The notes under the pieces are model-generated. The model ran no database searches. It was not told the origin of the DNA and was given only the letters and a program-made list of their open reading frames with translations. A stretch of DNA of 37,654 bases from contig CBDHEC010000055.1 of assembly GCA_965261975.1 (NCBI GenBank), positions 1-37,654 of the forward strand, in the 5' to 3' direction. Position numbers and translations under genes: made by a program. Shown here piece after piece: positions 19,480-26,908 of this stretch; within the stretch, counting starts at the first letter, position 1; each line of letters begins with the position of its first letter. Source of the stretch: Alphaproteobacteria bacterium (GTDB lineage Bacteria; Pseudomonadota; Alphaproteobacteria; UBA6615).

Positions 19480-19591
19480 CCGCGAAGACGCGGCAGCGCG
19501 CCCCCCGAAGAGGTCTGTTTGTTGCGCGGATCGAGATTGATAAATCATATTATGTATCTGATTTAATTACTATTTTTTCAAATTCGATGCC

Positions 19592-19666
19592 GAAACAATA
19601 AAGGCGGCGACCAGATTGGACGCCGCCTTATTGGGGGAGGAGGACACAAACACACTCAAGTGTCCT
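19592..19666 (-). ncRNA. Sigma54-dependent ~75-nt small RNA with an anti-Shine-Dalgarno core
   Basis: Begins at the predicted sigma54 TSS. 5' hairpin AGGACAC/GTGTCCT, then UCCUCCUCCCCC, then terminator CAATAAGGCGGCG/CGCCGCCTTTATTG-TTT. Confidence 0.75.
19593..19633. terminator. Rho-independent terminator, probably bidirectional
   Basis: Stem AAGGCGGCG / CGCCGCCTT flanked by A/T tracts on both sides. Confidence 0.8.
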
Positions 19667-19677
19667 ACCCCTAACGA

Positions 19678-19694
19678 TGCAACCGGCGTGCCAG
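19678..19694 (-). promoter_or_regulatory. Sigma54 (-24/-12) promoter of the sRNA
   Basis: Minus strand CTGGCACGCCGGTTGCA matches consensus TGGCACG-N4-TTGCW with GG-N10-GC spacing. Confidence 0.88.
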
Positions 19695-19704
19695 TTGCAC
19701 GCAT

Positions 19705-19917
19705 TTATTGGCTTTTCAGCTGAAAATCGATCCGGCCGGCCAGTGTTTCGGCCTCTTCCGCGACTTCGAGCATGTGTTGCGCCTCGGAACGAAGGTTCTT
19801 GGCTTCCTTTCGCAGCATTGTGATCCAGCTGCGCATGGCCTCGCGGTCCGCATCAGAGTGGCCAACATCATTGGCAACATCGTGATTCCGGCCACGGATG
19901 AGAGATAGATTGTTCAT
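19705..19917 (-). CDS. Hypothetical 70-aa protein with predicted C-terminal coiled coil
   Basis: MNNLSLIRG...REAMRSWITMLRKEAKNLRSEAQHMLEVAEEAETLAGRIDFQLKSQ; ATG lies at the predicted TSS of a sigma54 promoter. Confidence 0.65.
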   Translation of the reverse strand: MNNLSLIRGRNHDVANDVGHSDADREAMRSWITMLRKEAKNLRSEAQHMLEVAEEAETLAGRIDFQLKSQ

Positions 19918-19928
19918 ACCCCCTTTAG

Positions 19929-19945
19929 AGCAATCTGCATGCCAA
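19929..19945 (-). promoter_or_regulatory. Sigma54 (-24/-12) promoter of the 70-aa ORF
   Basis: Minus strand TTGGCATGCAGATTGCT with GG-N10-GC spacing. Confidence 0.8.
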
Positions 19946-20051
19946 CTATTCCCCGTGCGATGGCTGTTGTGGTTAAGACCGTGCATCGCGAGAATAGTCC
20001 CGCTTCGATCGTCGGAGCGCCCTTCCGACCTGACACTGAGGCACGCCTTCA

Positions 20052-22271
20052 ATGCACCTGCTGAAGAACGGAAATCGGCCGTTTCACCTGGGGTCATTTC
20101 CTCTCGAAACGCTGCCTCGCGACGATAGTCTTGGGACCCTGGAAATTTCGCGGCCGCCCGCGCCGCCGGCCGACGATCGCCCGGCATCGCCGCTACTCGG
20201 AGAGGTCACCCGCAATTTCCGCGATATGTTTGCGCAATTCTCCGTCGGCGACGTTGCGCCCGAAACCGCACCCGATACAGACGATGTGGAACGCTGCACG
20301 GTGGACATTATGGGGGCGGCCTATTTCCTGGACGCAAGCCAGGCCGGTATCTGCCTGATCCCCCAGAGTGCTTGGCGTACCGGCGCGACGCCCCTGTCCC
20401 ACAGCCACGCAATCGTCATCATGGTCGAACATAGCCGCGTGCCCGACGACGAGCCGCTCTCGGCACAGTGGACCAAATCCGCAGTGGTCGAGACCGCCGA
20501 AATGCGGGCCACCGAGATTGCCGTCAACATCGCGGGCCATATCCGGCTGATGGGCTATGACGCGCGCGCCGACGTTCCCGGTGACCGGATGCTCGATGAA
20601 GAACGCCTCGCCGTGCTGGCCGGTATCGCCATCCGTAACGACGACGACAGCCTCGCGAACCCCTATATCGAGAATTTCACATTCGCCGTCATCACGACCG
20701 ATTATCAGCTCGAATGCGACCGCCCCCTGGCCGCCAAGGCAATGAACGCCAAGGGCCTGCGCTACTGGTGGGGCATCAACGACGCCCAGTCCGGTCGCGA
20801 ACGAAACCGCCGGGCCGGGCGCCCGTCACATGCCAGCCGCTACCCGATGGAAACGGTCAAACGCATTGACCGGCCCACGACACTCATTCTCGATGACGAA
20901 GTCCCGCGGGTGCCGAAGCGGGCGGCGTTCTTCGAACGCGCACTCCAGGGTGATCTCGGCGACAAGGCACAACGCGAACGCGCCCGGTTTGCCACCAAAC
21001 ATCCGCTCGCCCGCTCGATGGTGTCTTTGATCCGAGCCATGGTCCCGCACCAGGACGGCATCCCGACGACCGCACCGGACATGTCGAAATATTCCGATCC
21101 GGCCCAGAACAGCAAGGCCCTGAAGTCCCTGTCCTACTTCCTCGGGGCCGACCTGACCGGCATTTGCGAGATTCCCCGTTATGCCTGGTACTCTCACAAG
21201 GACGACGGCACCGAAATCGAGATGTATCACAAATACGCGGTCGTGATGCTCATCGACCAGGGCTTCGACACGATGGAAGGCGCGAGCGGCGACGACTGGA
21301 TTTCCGGCAGCCAGTCAATGCGCGGCTACCAGCGCGGGGCGGAAATTGCCGGCGTGATGTCCCACATGCTCGGCCAGCTGGGATTTTCTGCACGCGCGCA
21401 GACCAATGCCGACAGCGATGTGCTACAAATTCCCCTGGTCCTGCTCGCCGGACTGGGCGAGATGAGCCGGATCGGTGAGCTGGTGTTGAATCCGTTTGTC
21501 GGGCCACGTTTCAAATCCGTCGTCCTGACGACCGACATGCCTCTCGAAGCCGATAAGCCGATTGATTTTGGCCTCCAGACCTTCTGCAACAACTGCCTCA
21601 AATGCGCCCGCGAATGCCCCTGCGACGCCATACCCTTCGGCGACAAGGTGATGTTCAACGGCTACGAGATATGGAAACCGGATGCCGAACGCTGCGCGCG
21701 CTACCGTGTTACCAATCCGCACGGATCGGCCTGCGGGCGGTGCATGAAAACCTGCCCCATCAACAAGGTGGTCGATACCGATGGCGCGTTACTTACCCGC
21801 CTGGCGAGCTGGATGGGGGTCAACGCCCTTTTCCTGAAACCGGTCATGGTCCCGATTGCCACATGGCTGGACGATGCGCTCGGCAATGGCCGGCGGAACC
21901 TTAAAAAGAAATGGTGGTTCGATCACGAAGTCGTCGGCGACCGCACGGTTGCACCCAAGGGGGTGAACCAGCGCGAGATCGACCCGTCGCGAAAAGTCGA
22001 TCCGGCCAAGCAGCGCATGGCCTACTACCACGCCAACATGATGCCGCCACCCGATACCCCCGAACCCGTCCCCGTCGACCGCAAGGCGGCCATGGCGGCC
22101 GGCGCCCTGCTGGAGACACCGGACGAGGCGAAAGCGCGCGCCGCGGCGGGCAAACCGGCGCCGGCGCATTACACCCCTACACCGCCCATGGGGGCTGGGC
22201 CGGCAAAAAAACTGGCCGAGAACCCGTACGCGGCCGATTTCAAGGACGTAAAGGCAGCCGACGCCGACTGA
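20052..22271 (+). CDS. rdhA: Cobalamin-dependent catabolic reductive dehalogenase (NpRdhA/BhbA-like), no fused reductase
   Basis: Duplicated B12-fold halves (AAYFLDASQAGIC / SYFLGADLTGIC), TMEGASGDDWIS, AGLGEMSRIG, LNPFVGPRFKS; two 4Fe-4S motifs CNNCLKCARECP and C..CGRCMKTCP; no Tat signal. Confidence 0.92.
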   Translation: MHLLKNGNRPFHLGSFPLETLPRDDSLGTLEISRPPAPPADDRPASPLLGEVTRNFRDMFAQFSVGDVAPETAPDTDDVERCTVDIMGAAYFLDASQAGICLIPQSAWRTGATPLSHSHAIVIMVEHSRVPDDEPLSAQWTKSAVVETAEMRATEIAVNIAGHIRLMGYDARADVPGDRMLDEERLAVLAGIAIRNDDDSLANPYIENFTFAVITTDYQLECDRPLAAKAMNAKGLRYWWGINDAQSGRERNRRAGRPSHASRYPMETVKRIDRPTTLILDDEVPRVPKRAAFFERALQGDLGDKAQRERARFATKHPLARSMVSLIRAMVPHQDGIPTTAPDMSKYSDPAQNSKALKSLSYFLGADLTGICEIPRYAWYSHKDDGTEIEMYHKYAVVMLIDQGFDTMEGASGDDWISGSQSMRGYQRGAEIAGVMSHMLGQLGFSARAQTNADSDVLQIPLVLLAGLGEMSRIGELVLNPFVGPRFKSVVLTTDMPLEADKPIDFGLQTFCNNCLKCARECPCDAIPFGDKVMFNGYEIWKPDAERCARYRVTNPHGSACGRCMKTCPINKVVDTDGALLTRLASWMGVNALFLKPVMVPIATWLDDALGNGRRNLKKKWWFDHEVVGDRTVAPKGVNQREIDPSRKVDPAKQRMAYYHANMMPPPDTPEPVPVDRKAAMAAGALLETPDEAKARAAAGKPAPAHYTPTPPMGAGPAKKLAENPYAADFKDVKAADAD

Positions 22272-22310
22272 CCGGCACCTCACATTTCAAATTCATGTAT
22301 GGAGACAAGA

Positions 22311-23036
22311 ATGGCCAACTTCGTTTTGGTTCACGGTGCCTGGCACGGCGGCTGGTGCTGGTCGCGCATCACACCGCATCTGCGCGCCGACGGACATGAC
22401 GTGTACACCCCCACGATGACCGGGTTCGGCGAACGCTCGCACCTGCTGACACCGGATATCGGGCTCGAGACCAACGTCACCGACATCGCCAACGTCCTCG
22501 AATGGGAATCGCTCGAGAATGTCATCCTCGTGGGAGCGAGCTATGCCGGCATGGTGACGACCAGCGTTGCCGATCGCATGCCCGAGCGGATCGCTGCCCT
22601 GGTCTATATCAACGCCTTCATCGCAGCCGACGGCGTGTCCCAGAACGACATGCTTCCCGACTGGCGGCGCGAAATGATCGAAAAAGAAGTGGCCGCGGAC
22701 CCGGACGCATGGCGCATGCCTCCCCCCGCACCCGACCTCATCGGCGTGGACGACCCGGACGACGCCGCCTGGATCGCCGAGAAAATGACGATCCAGTCCG
22801 CCAAGACGTTCCACGACAGGGCCACAATCACCGGCGCATTGGATGCGATCACAAACCGCACCTATATCCGTGCAACCGGCTACCCCAACACGACATTCGA
22901 CGCGAACGTCGCGGCATTTGACGAACATCCGGGCTGGCGCGCCGAGATTCTCGACACCAGCCACGATGCCATGATCACGGCCGTCGATGATGTGGTCCGT
23001 ATCCTTAGGGAAGTCGCTGCCAGCGTGGCGAACTGA
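22311..23036 (+). CDS. Alpha/beta hydrolase (esterase, Abhydrolase_6 / SABP2-like)
   Basis: FVLVHGAWHGGWCW, nucleophile GASYAG, His in SHDAM. Confidence 0.9.
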   Translation: MANFVLVHGAWHGGWCWSRITPHLRADGHDVYTPTMTGFGERSHLLTPDIGLETNVTDIANVLEWESLENVILVGASYAGMVTTSVADRMPERIAALVYINAFIAADGVSQNDMLPDWRREMIEKEVAADPDAWRMPPPAPDLIGVDDPDDAAWIAEKMTIQSAKTFHDRATITGALDAITNRTYIRATGYPNTTFDANVAAFDEHPGWRAEILDTSHDAMITAVDDVVRILREVAASVAN

Positions 23037-23045
23037 AGTCCCCGC

Positions 23046-23077
23046 AACAAAAAGAGCCGCCCCCTGAGGGGCGGCTC
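23046..23077 (-). terminator. Rho-independent terminator
   Basis: Stem GAGCCGCCCC / GGGGCGGCTC with a 4-nt loop, followed on the minus strand by TTTTTGTT. Confidence 0.85.
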
Positions 23078-23134
23078 CGTGAGCGGGCATTGTGCCAGCC
23101 CATGGTCTTTGAAAGACCTGTGTCTCTATCCGGC

Positions 23135-23206
23135 CTAGAGAGGTTGCTCCATAGTCCGAACCCGACACGTTGGGTTGAACATAATGCCTATCATCTCACT
23201 CGACAT
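23135..23206 (-). CDS. Candidate 23-aa peptide MSSEMIGIMFNPTCRVRTMEQPL
   Basis: GAAAGGAGGTGATCC-G-ATG; AGGAGG sits 7 nt from the ATG; TAG at 23135. Confidence 0.5.
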   Translation of the reverse strand: MSSEMIGIMFNPTCRVRTMEQPL

Positions 23207-23300
23207 CGGATCACCTCCTTTCAATTGTTGAACGGTATCGAAACCCTAGCATCGGATTCCGCGTCGCCTGCAACTGGAAAATGAGCCGTTGGCGAAGACG

Positions 23301-24527
23301 TTACCCCGCCGCCATCGCGCGGTACTTTTCTGGAATCTCCAGGTCGAAGACCCGCGCCGCGTTGTAGCCGAGAATATTCCGCTTGGCCTGCTCGTCGAGG
23401 AAGGGCAGATCCCAGATTGTCGCCGGCAGGTCAAAGTCCCAATGGGGCCAGTCAGAGGCAAATAACATCTGGGTCTCCGCGTTCATGGCGTCCATCGAAG
23501 CCGCCAACAGCGTCTCGTTTGTCCGCTCCAACGGCTGGGTCGTGAAGAACATGTCACGGATATATTCGCTCGGCAGCTTCTTGAGCAGCGGCGCTTCCGA
23601 CGTCCGCATCATGTATTCATGATCGAGCCGCTGCATGATGAACGGCAGCCAGGCCACGCCGCTTTCGATCCACATCACCTTCAGTTTCGGGAACCGCTCG
23701 GGCAGGCCGTTGATCACCCAGTTCGTAAGGTGCACGAGGTTGCACAGTACGAAGGAGATCGCGTGCATCGAGATGAACCGGTTGAGCTGGGAGGTGTATT
23801 CGTCCTGCCAGTTCAGGTGGGTGTGGAAACCCAACACCTGGCCGGCCTCCTCGAGCATGCCGTACAGCCGCATATACTCGTTTGCATGAACCGGCTTGTG
23901 CCGCGATGAGGTCACCAGGAACCCCGCGACACCGGGTTTGCCCAGAAAACGTTTGACCGTTTGTTCCGCTTCGACCGGGTTGTTGAACGGCAGATACATC
24001 ATCGCCTTGATCCGCGGGTCTTCCGGCAACACCCGCTCGACGAGCCAGCGGTTGTAGGCCGTCGCCAGGTGAATCTCCATCTCCCGGACCGGATGCATCC
24101 CGAGGAACAGCATCGCGTTGGGAAACATCACCTGATAGTCGAGTCCCATCTGGTCGATACAGCGCCGCGCCAGCACGGTTTCGCGGGAGAGTTCACTCTC
24201 CGTCACCTCTTCCTTCAACCCCTGACCGTGGGGAATCCGGCCCCAGACATTCTGCCATTGCAGTCCGTCGGTGCCGTTCAGGAACGCACCACGTTTTGTC
24301 CCGTCGCCGAAGGCCGACGCCGCCTCGCGAACCACCGGGTCCTCCACATAGTCCATGATCTCGGGCCAGTTGCCGCCGTCGCTGATATGCGAATCGATAT
24401 CGACAATGAACACGTCATCGAGCTGGCGTTCCTCGGCTTGCTTGCGGGCATTGGCCAGCAACTCCCGGCTGTCCGTCCAGTCGTCGATCTCGGGATAGGT
24501 CCGTTTGAAATCGTCATCCATTGCCAT
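23301..24527 (-). CDS. Amidohydrolase_2-fold protein, AibH/PtmU3-like dimetal oxygenase candidate
   Basis: DIDSH, GFHTH, GLPERFPKLKVMWIESG and FASDWPHWD; translationally coupled to the upstream small ORF. Confidence 0.85.
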   Translation of the reverse strand: MAMDDDFKRTYPEIDDWTDSRELLANARKQAEERQLDDVFIVDIDSHISDGGNWPEIMDYVEDPVVREAASAFGDGTKRGAFLNGTDGLQWQNVWGRIPHGQGLKEEVTESELSRETVLARRCIDQMGLDYQVMFPNAMLFLGMHPVREMEIHLATAYNRWLVERVLPEDPRIKAMMYLPFNNPVEAEQTVKRFLGKPGVAGFLVTSSRHKPVHANEYMRLYGMLEEAGQVLGFHTHLNWQDEYTSQLNRFISMHAISFVLCNLVHLTNWVINGLPERFPKLKVMWIESGVAWLPFIMQRLDHEYMMRTSEAPLLKKLPSEYIRDMFFTTQPLERTNETLLAASMDAMNAETQMLFASDWPHWDFDLPATIWDLPFLDEQAKRNILGYNAARVFDLEIPEKYRAMAAG

Positions 24528-24840
24528 CACTACCCTCCCCGGCGGGCTGCGCCCGCCCGGACCACATTGCCAGGTCAAAAAGGTTCAAATCTGCTGCGCG
24601 CAGCAGCGCGGTCACGGTGACGGCCACATCCGTTGCCGTCAGAATACTGCCCTCCGCGAGCGGCGAGAAACTCCGCCCCTCGACATCGGTCTTGCGGGCA
24701 TAAAGTCGTGTCGCGGTCGTGAGGAGTTGCTGAACGCTCGCATCGGAAATATCAGCCGTCTCGCCGGCCACGAGACGCCGATCGCCTTCCCGCATGGCCG
24801 CCTCCGCCAGGTCTGCAAAATCGCTCTCAGATGGTGACAT
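24514..24840 (-). CDS. Hypothetical 108-aa helical protein between the Rieske and amidohydrolase genes
   Basis: Overlaps both neighbours; conserved-looking LTATDVAVTVTALLRAADLNLFDLAMW segment. Confidence 0.75.
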   Translation of the reverse strand: MSPSESDFADLAEAAMREGDRRLVAGETADISDASVQQLLTTATRLYARKTDVEGRSFSPLAEGSILTATDVAVTVTALLRAADLNLFDLAMWSGRAQPAGEGSDGNG

Positions 24841-25192
24841 AGACCGCTCCGTCGCGAATCGTGACCGGGAAGCCACGCAGGTGCGAATCAGGGTTACCCG
24901 GATGAACCCCGGTCCGGATGTTGAACTCATACCCGTGCCACGGGCAGATGATGTGCACATCCGCCTCGACGAACTCATATCCGTGGGCGCATTTCTCGTC
25001 GTCGAGCACCTCGTTGACGCGGTTCATGACCCGTCCCTGGCACACCGGCCCACCGGCATGGGGGCAATTGCTCTCCCACGCAAAGAACTCATCGCCGAGG
25101 CGAAATACGCCGATCTCAAGGGCGTCCTCCACCACGATCCTTCGGTCGCGATCCGATAGTTCGTCCACTTTCGCCACATAAAGTTCAGGCAC
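24827..25192 (-). CDS. Rieske [2Fe-2S] ferredoxin
   Basis: CPHAGG and CPWHG motifs; GTG start with GGAGG RBS. Confidence 0.93.
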   Translation of the reverse strand: MPELYVAKVDELSDRDRRIVVEDALEIGVFRLGDEFFAWESNCPHAGGPVCQGRVMNRVNEVLDDEKCAHGYEFVEADVHIICPWHGYEFNIRTGVHPGNPDSHLRGFPVTIRDGAVYVTI

Positions 25193-25230
25193 CGGTGCCC
25201 TCCGGGTTTACGATATTCACTATAGGAAAA

Positions 25231-25259
25231 TAACTAGCGCCGCTTCCCAGCCCGGTCAA
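25231..25259 (-). promoter_or_regulatory. Sigma70-like promoter of the Rieske operon
   Basis: Minus strand TTGACC-N17-TAGTTA. Confidence 0.5.
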
Positions 25260-25333
25260 TGACAGCGCACCGGTGGCAAGCGAACCGAAGCGGGGCTATC
25301 TTGGGCCCATCCAAGCTATTGTGTGTGCCAGAC

Positions 25334-26404
25334 ATGACCAAACTTTCCAGCGTCGAAATCTCGCTTCTCGAGATCAAGTTCGACAAGCCACGCGGCGGTT
25401 CGGGTGTGCGTCAGGTGGACATCATCGTGGCGGACATCACCGACAGCGACGGCGCGTCGGGGCTGGGATTCAGCTATGTCATCGGCGGGGGTGCTGCAAT
25501 TCCGGCAAGGATCGCGAGCGACCTTGCTGAGCGCTTTCTCGACGATACCGAATTCGAACACCCGGAGGTGCATTGGCGAGGGATCGAGGCGAGTTTCAAT
25601 CGGACGGGCGGCGGGCCAAATCTGATCGCACTGGCCGCGCTCGATGTCGGGCTTTGGGACTTGCATGCCAATCGCGCCGGAAAATCGCTCTCCGTGGCGA
25701 TGGGGGGCGATGGCGGGCCCGTCCCGATTTACGGCAGCGGTGGTTTTTCCCCGGCGATGGGACCGGCCGAGGCGGCAGATATCGCGGTCGCGCACCGTGA
25801 TGCCGGCTTTCGGGGCGTTAAGCCGAGGGTCAACGCCCAGCCGACGGATGCGAGCGTGATGGAGGCCGTACGCGCGGCCGTCGGCGACGAAATTTCCGTC
25901 ATGGTCGACGCAAATGAAAAGGGTGACCTGATGCGGGCTTCCCGCCTGCTCGCCGCGGCGGCGGACACCGGCATGCTGTTCGTCGAGGAACCGCTGCCCG
26001 CCCGAGACCTGCTCGGCTACCGGACGCTCGCCGCCAACGCCCCGGTCGCCATCGCGGCCGGCGAGCATCTCCAGGGGCAGGACCGTTTCTCCGCATTGAT
26101 GGCGGACCAGGTCGTCTCGACCATCCAGCCCGACCTCGCCATGGCCGGGGGCCTCACCCCCTGTCTCGATGTGGCGCGAAGCGCCGGCCCGTTCGGGGTT
26201 ATCGTCGCGCCCCATTTCCTGCCCGGGCTCTTCGCCCATTTCTCCGGGCTGGCGACCGCCGGACTGTGGGTCGAGGATTTCCCCCTGCTGGAGGAGGCCT
26301 TCGAGGGATGGCCCGAGATGACCGCGAACGGCGAGATGGCGGCGCGAGACACAGCCGGGCACGGCCTCTGTCTGACGGATGCGGCGCGCAAATCCCGCGT
26401 TTGA
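25334..26404 (+). CDS. Mandelate racemase / muconate lactonizing enzyme (enolase superfamily)
   Basis: DVGLWDL, KPR, metal ligands VDANE / EEP / GEH, and His in PHF. Confidence 0.9.
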   Translation: MTKLSSVEISLLEIKFDKPRGGSGVRQVDIIVADITDSDGASGLGFSYVIGGGAAIPARIASDLAERFLDDTEFEHPEVHWRGIEASFNRTGGGPNLIALAALDVGLWDLHANRAGKSLSVAMGGDGGPVPIYGSGGFSPAMGPAEAADIAVAHRDAGFRGVKPRVNAQPTDASVMEAVRAAVGDEISVMVDANEKGDLMRASRLLAAAADTGMLFVEEPLPARDLLGYRTLAANAPVAIAAGEHLQGQDRFSALMADQVVSTIQPDLAMAGGLTPCLDVARSAGPFGVIVAPHFLPGLFAHFSGLATAGLWVEDFPLLEEAFEGWPEMTANGEMAARDTAGHGLCLTDAARKSRV

Positions 26405-26476
26405 GCACCTGAACAGCAGTCCGGTGATCCGAAACGGCACGCGCGGCGTATTCGTTGGAGCACGCCGGAGAGTTTG

Positions 26477-26884
26477 ATGATAACGAAGTATCTCGCCACC
26501 TATGCAGCGACCCTCGTCCTTTTCCTGATCATTGATGGAATCTGGCTCGGCGTCGTCGCACGCAGTTTCTATGTCCAGCAGATCGGAAACATGCTGCGCC
26601 CGGCGCCAAATTTCGGCGTCGCCGGGTTGTTCTACGCGCTGTACGTGGTTGGCATCCTGGTTTTCGTGGTCTTCCCTGCCCTGAACCACGGCACGTGGGT
26701 CACCGCAGCACTCTATGGCGCGCTGTTTGGCCTGATTGCCTATGCCACCTATGACCTGACGAATTTGGCCACCCTTGAGGGGTGGCCGGTCGTGATGTCT
26801 GTCGTGGACATGGTCTGGGGTGCGGCGCTGACGGCAACCGTCGCGACCGGGGGCTATTTCGCCGCCCGCATGATCTTCAACTGA
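26477..26884 (+). CDS. DUF2177 family membrane protein
   Basis: IDGIWLG, YATYDLTNLATL and VDMVWG. Confidence 0.85.
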   Translation: MITKYLATYAATLVLFLIIDGIWLGVVARSFYVQQIGNMLRPAPNFGVAGLFYALYVVGILVFVVFPALNHGTWVTAALYGALFGLIAYATYDLTNLATLEGWPVVMSVVDMVWGAALTATVATGGYFAARMIFN

Positions 26885-26908
26885 CCATCGCGGGCGGCGT
26901 AAAGGGCA

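Larger units (their letters stand above)
23046..23240 (-). ncRNA. Candidate structured small transcript (sRNA or sORF mRNA)
   Basis: Sigma70-like TTGCAG...GCTAGG upstream (~23245-23273), several hairpins, its own terminator, and a 14-15 nt SD. Confidence 0.5.

Noticed and set aside
18094-19548. 484-aa ORF as a full-length HlyD protein
   Set aside because: Its first ~205 aa are the antisense of the LuxO-like gene plus intergenic DNA and lack the HlyD TM segment.
19683-19699. Overlapping plus-strand sigma54-like promoter CCGGCGTGCCAGTTGCA
   Set aside because: GG-N10-GC spacing fits, but the -24 box is weak and it would only transcribe antisense to the 70-aa ORF; probably a by-product of the TGCAAC/GTTGCA symmetry, though not fully excluded.
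20052-22271. Organohalide-respiration terminal reductase
   Set aside because: No Tat signal and no rdhB anchor; the architecture is the catabolic class.
23208-23222. GGATCACCTCCTTTC as a 16S rRNA gene 3' end
   Set aside because: The upstream sequence lacks the helix-45 context (GTAACC...GAACCTGCGGCT) and no rRNA body is present; it is better explained as an SD on the minus strand.
23090-23284. 64-aa plus-strand ORF and a 6S RNA interpretation of this region
   Set aside because: The ORF has no RBS or motif, and the region folds as short local hairpins rather than the long 6S rod with a central bubble.
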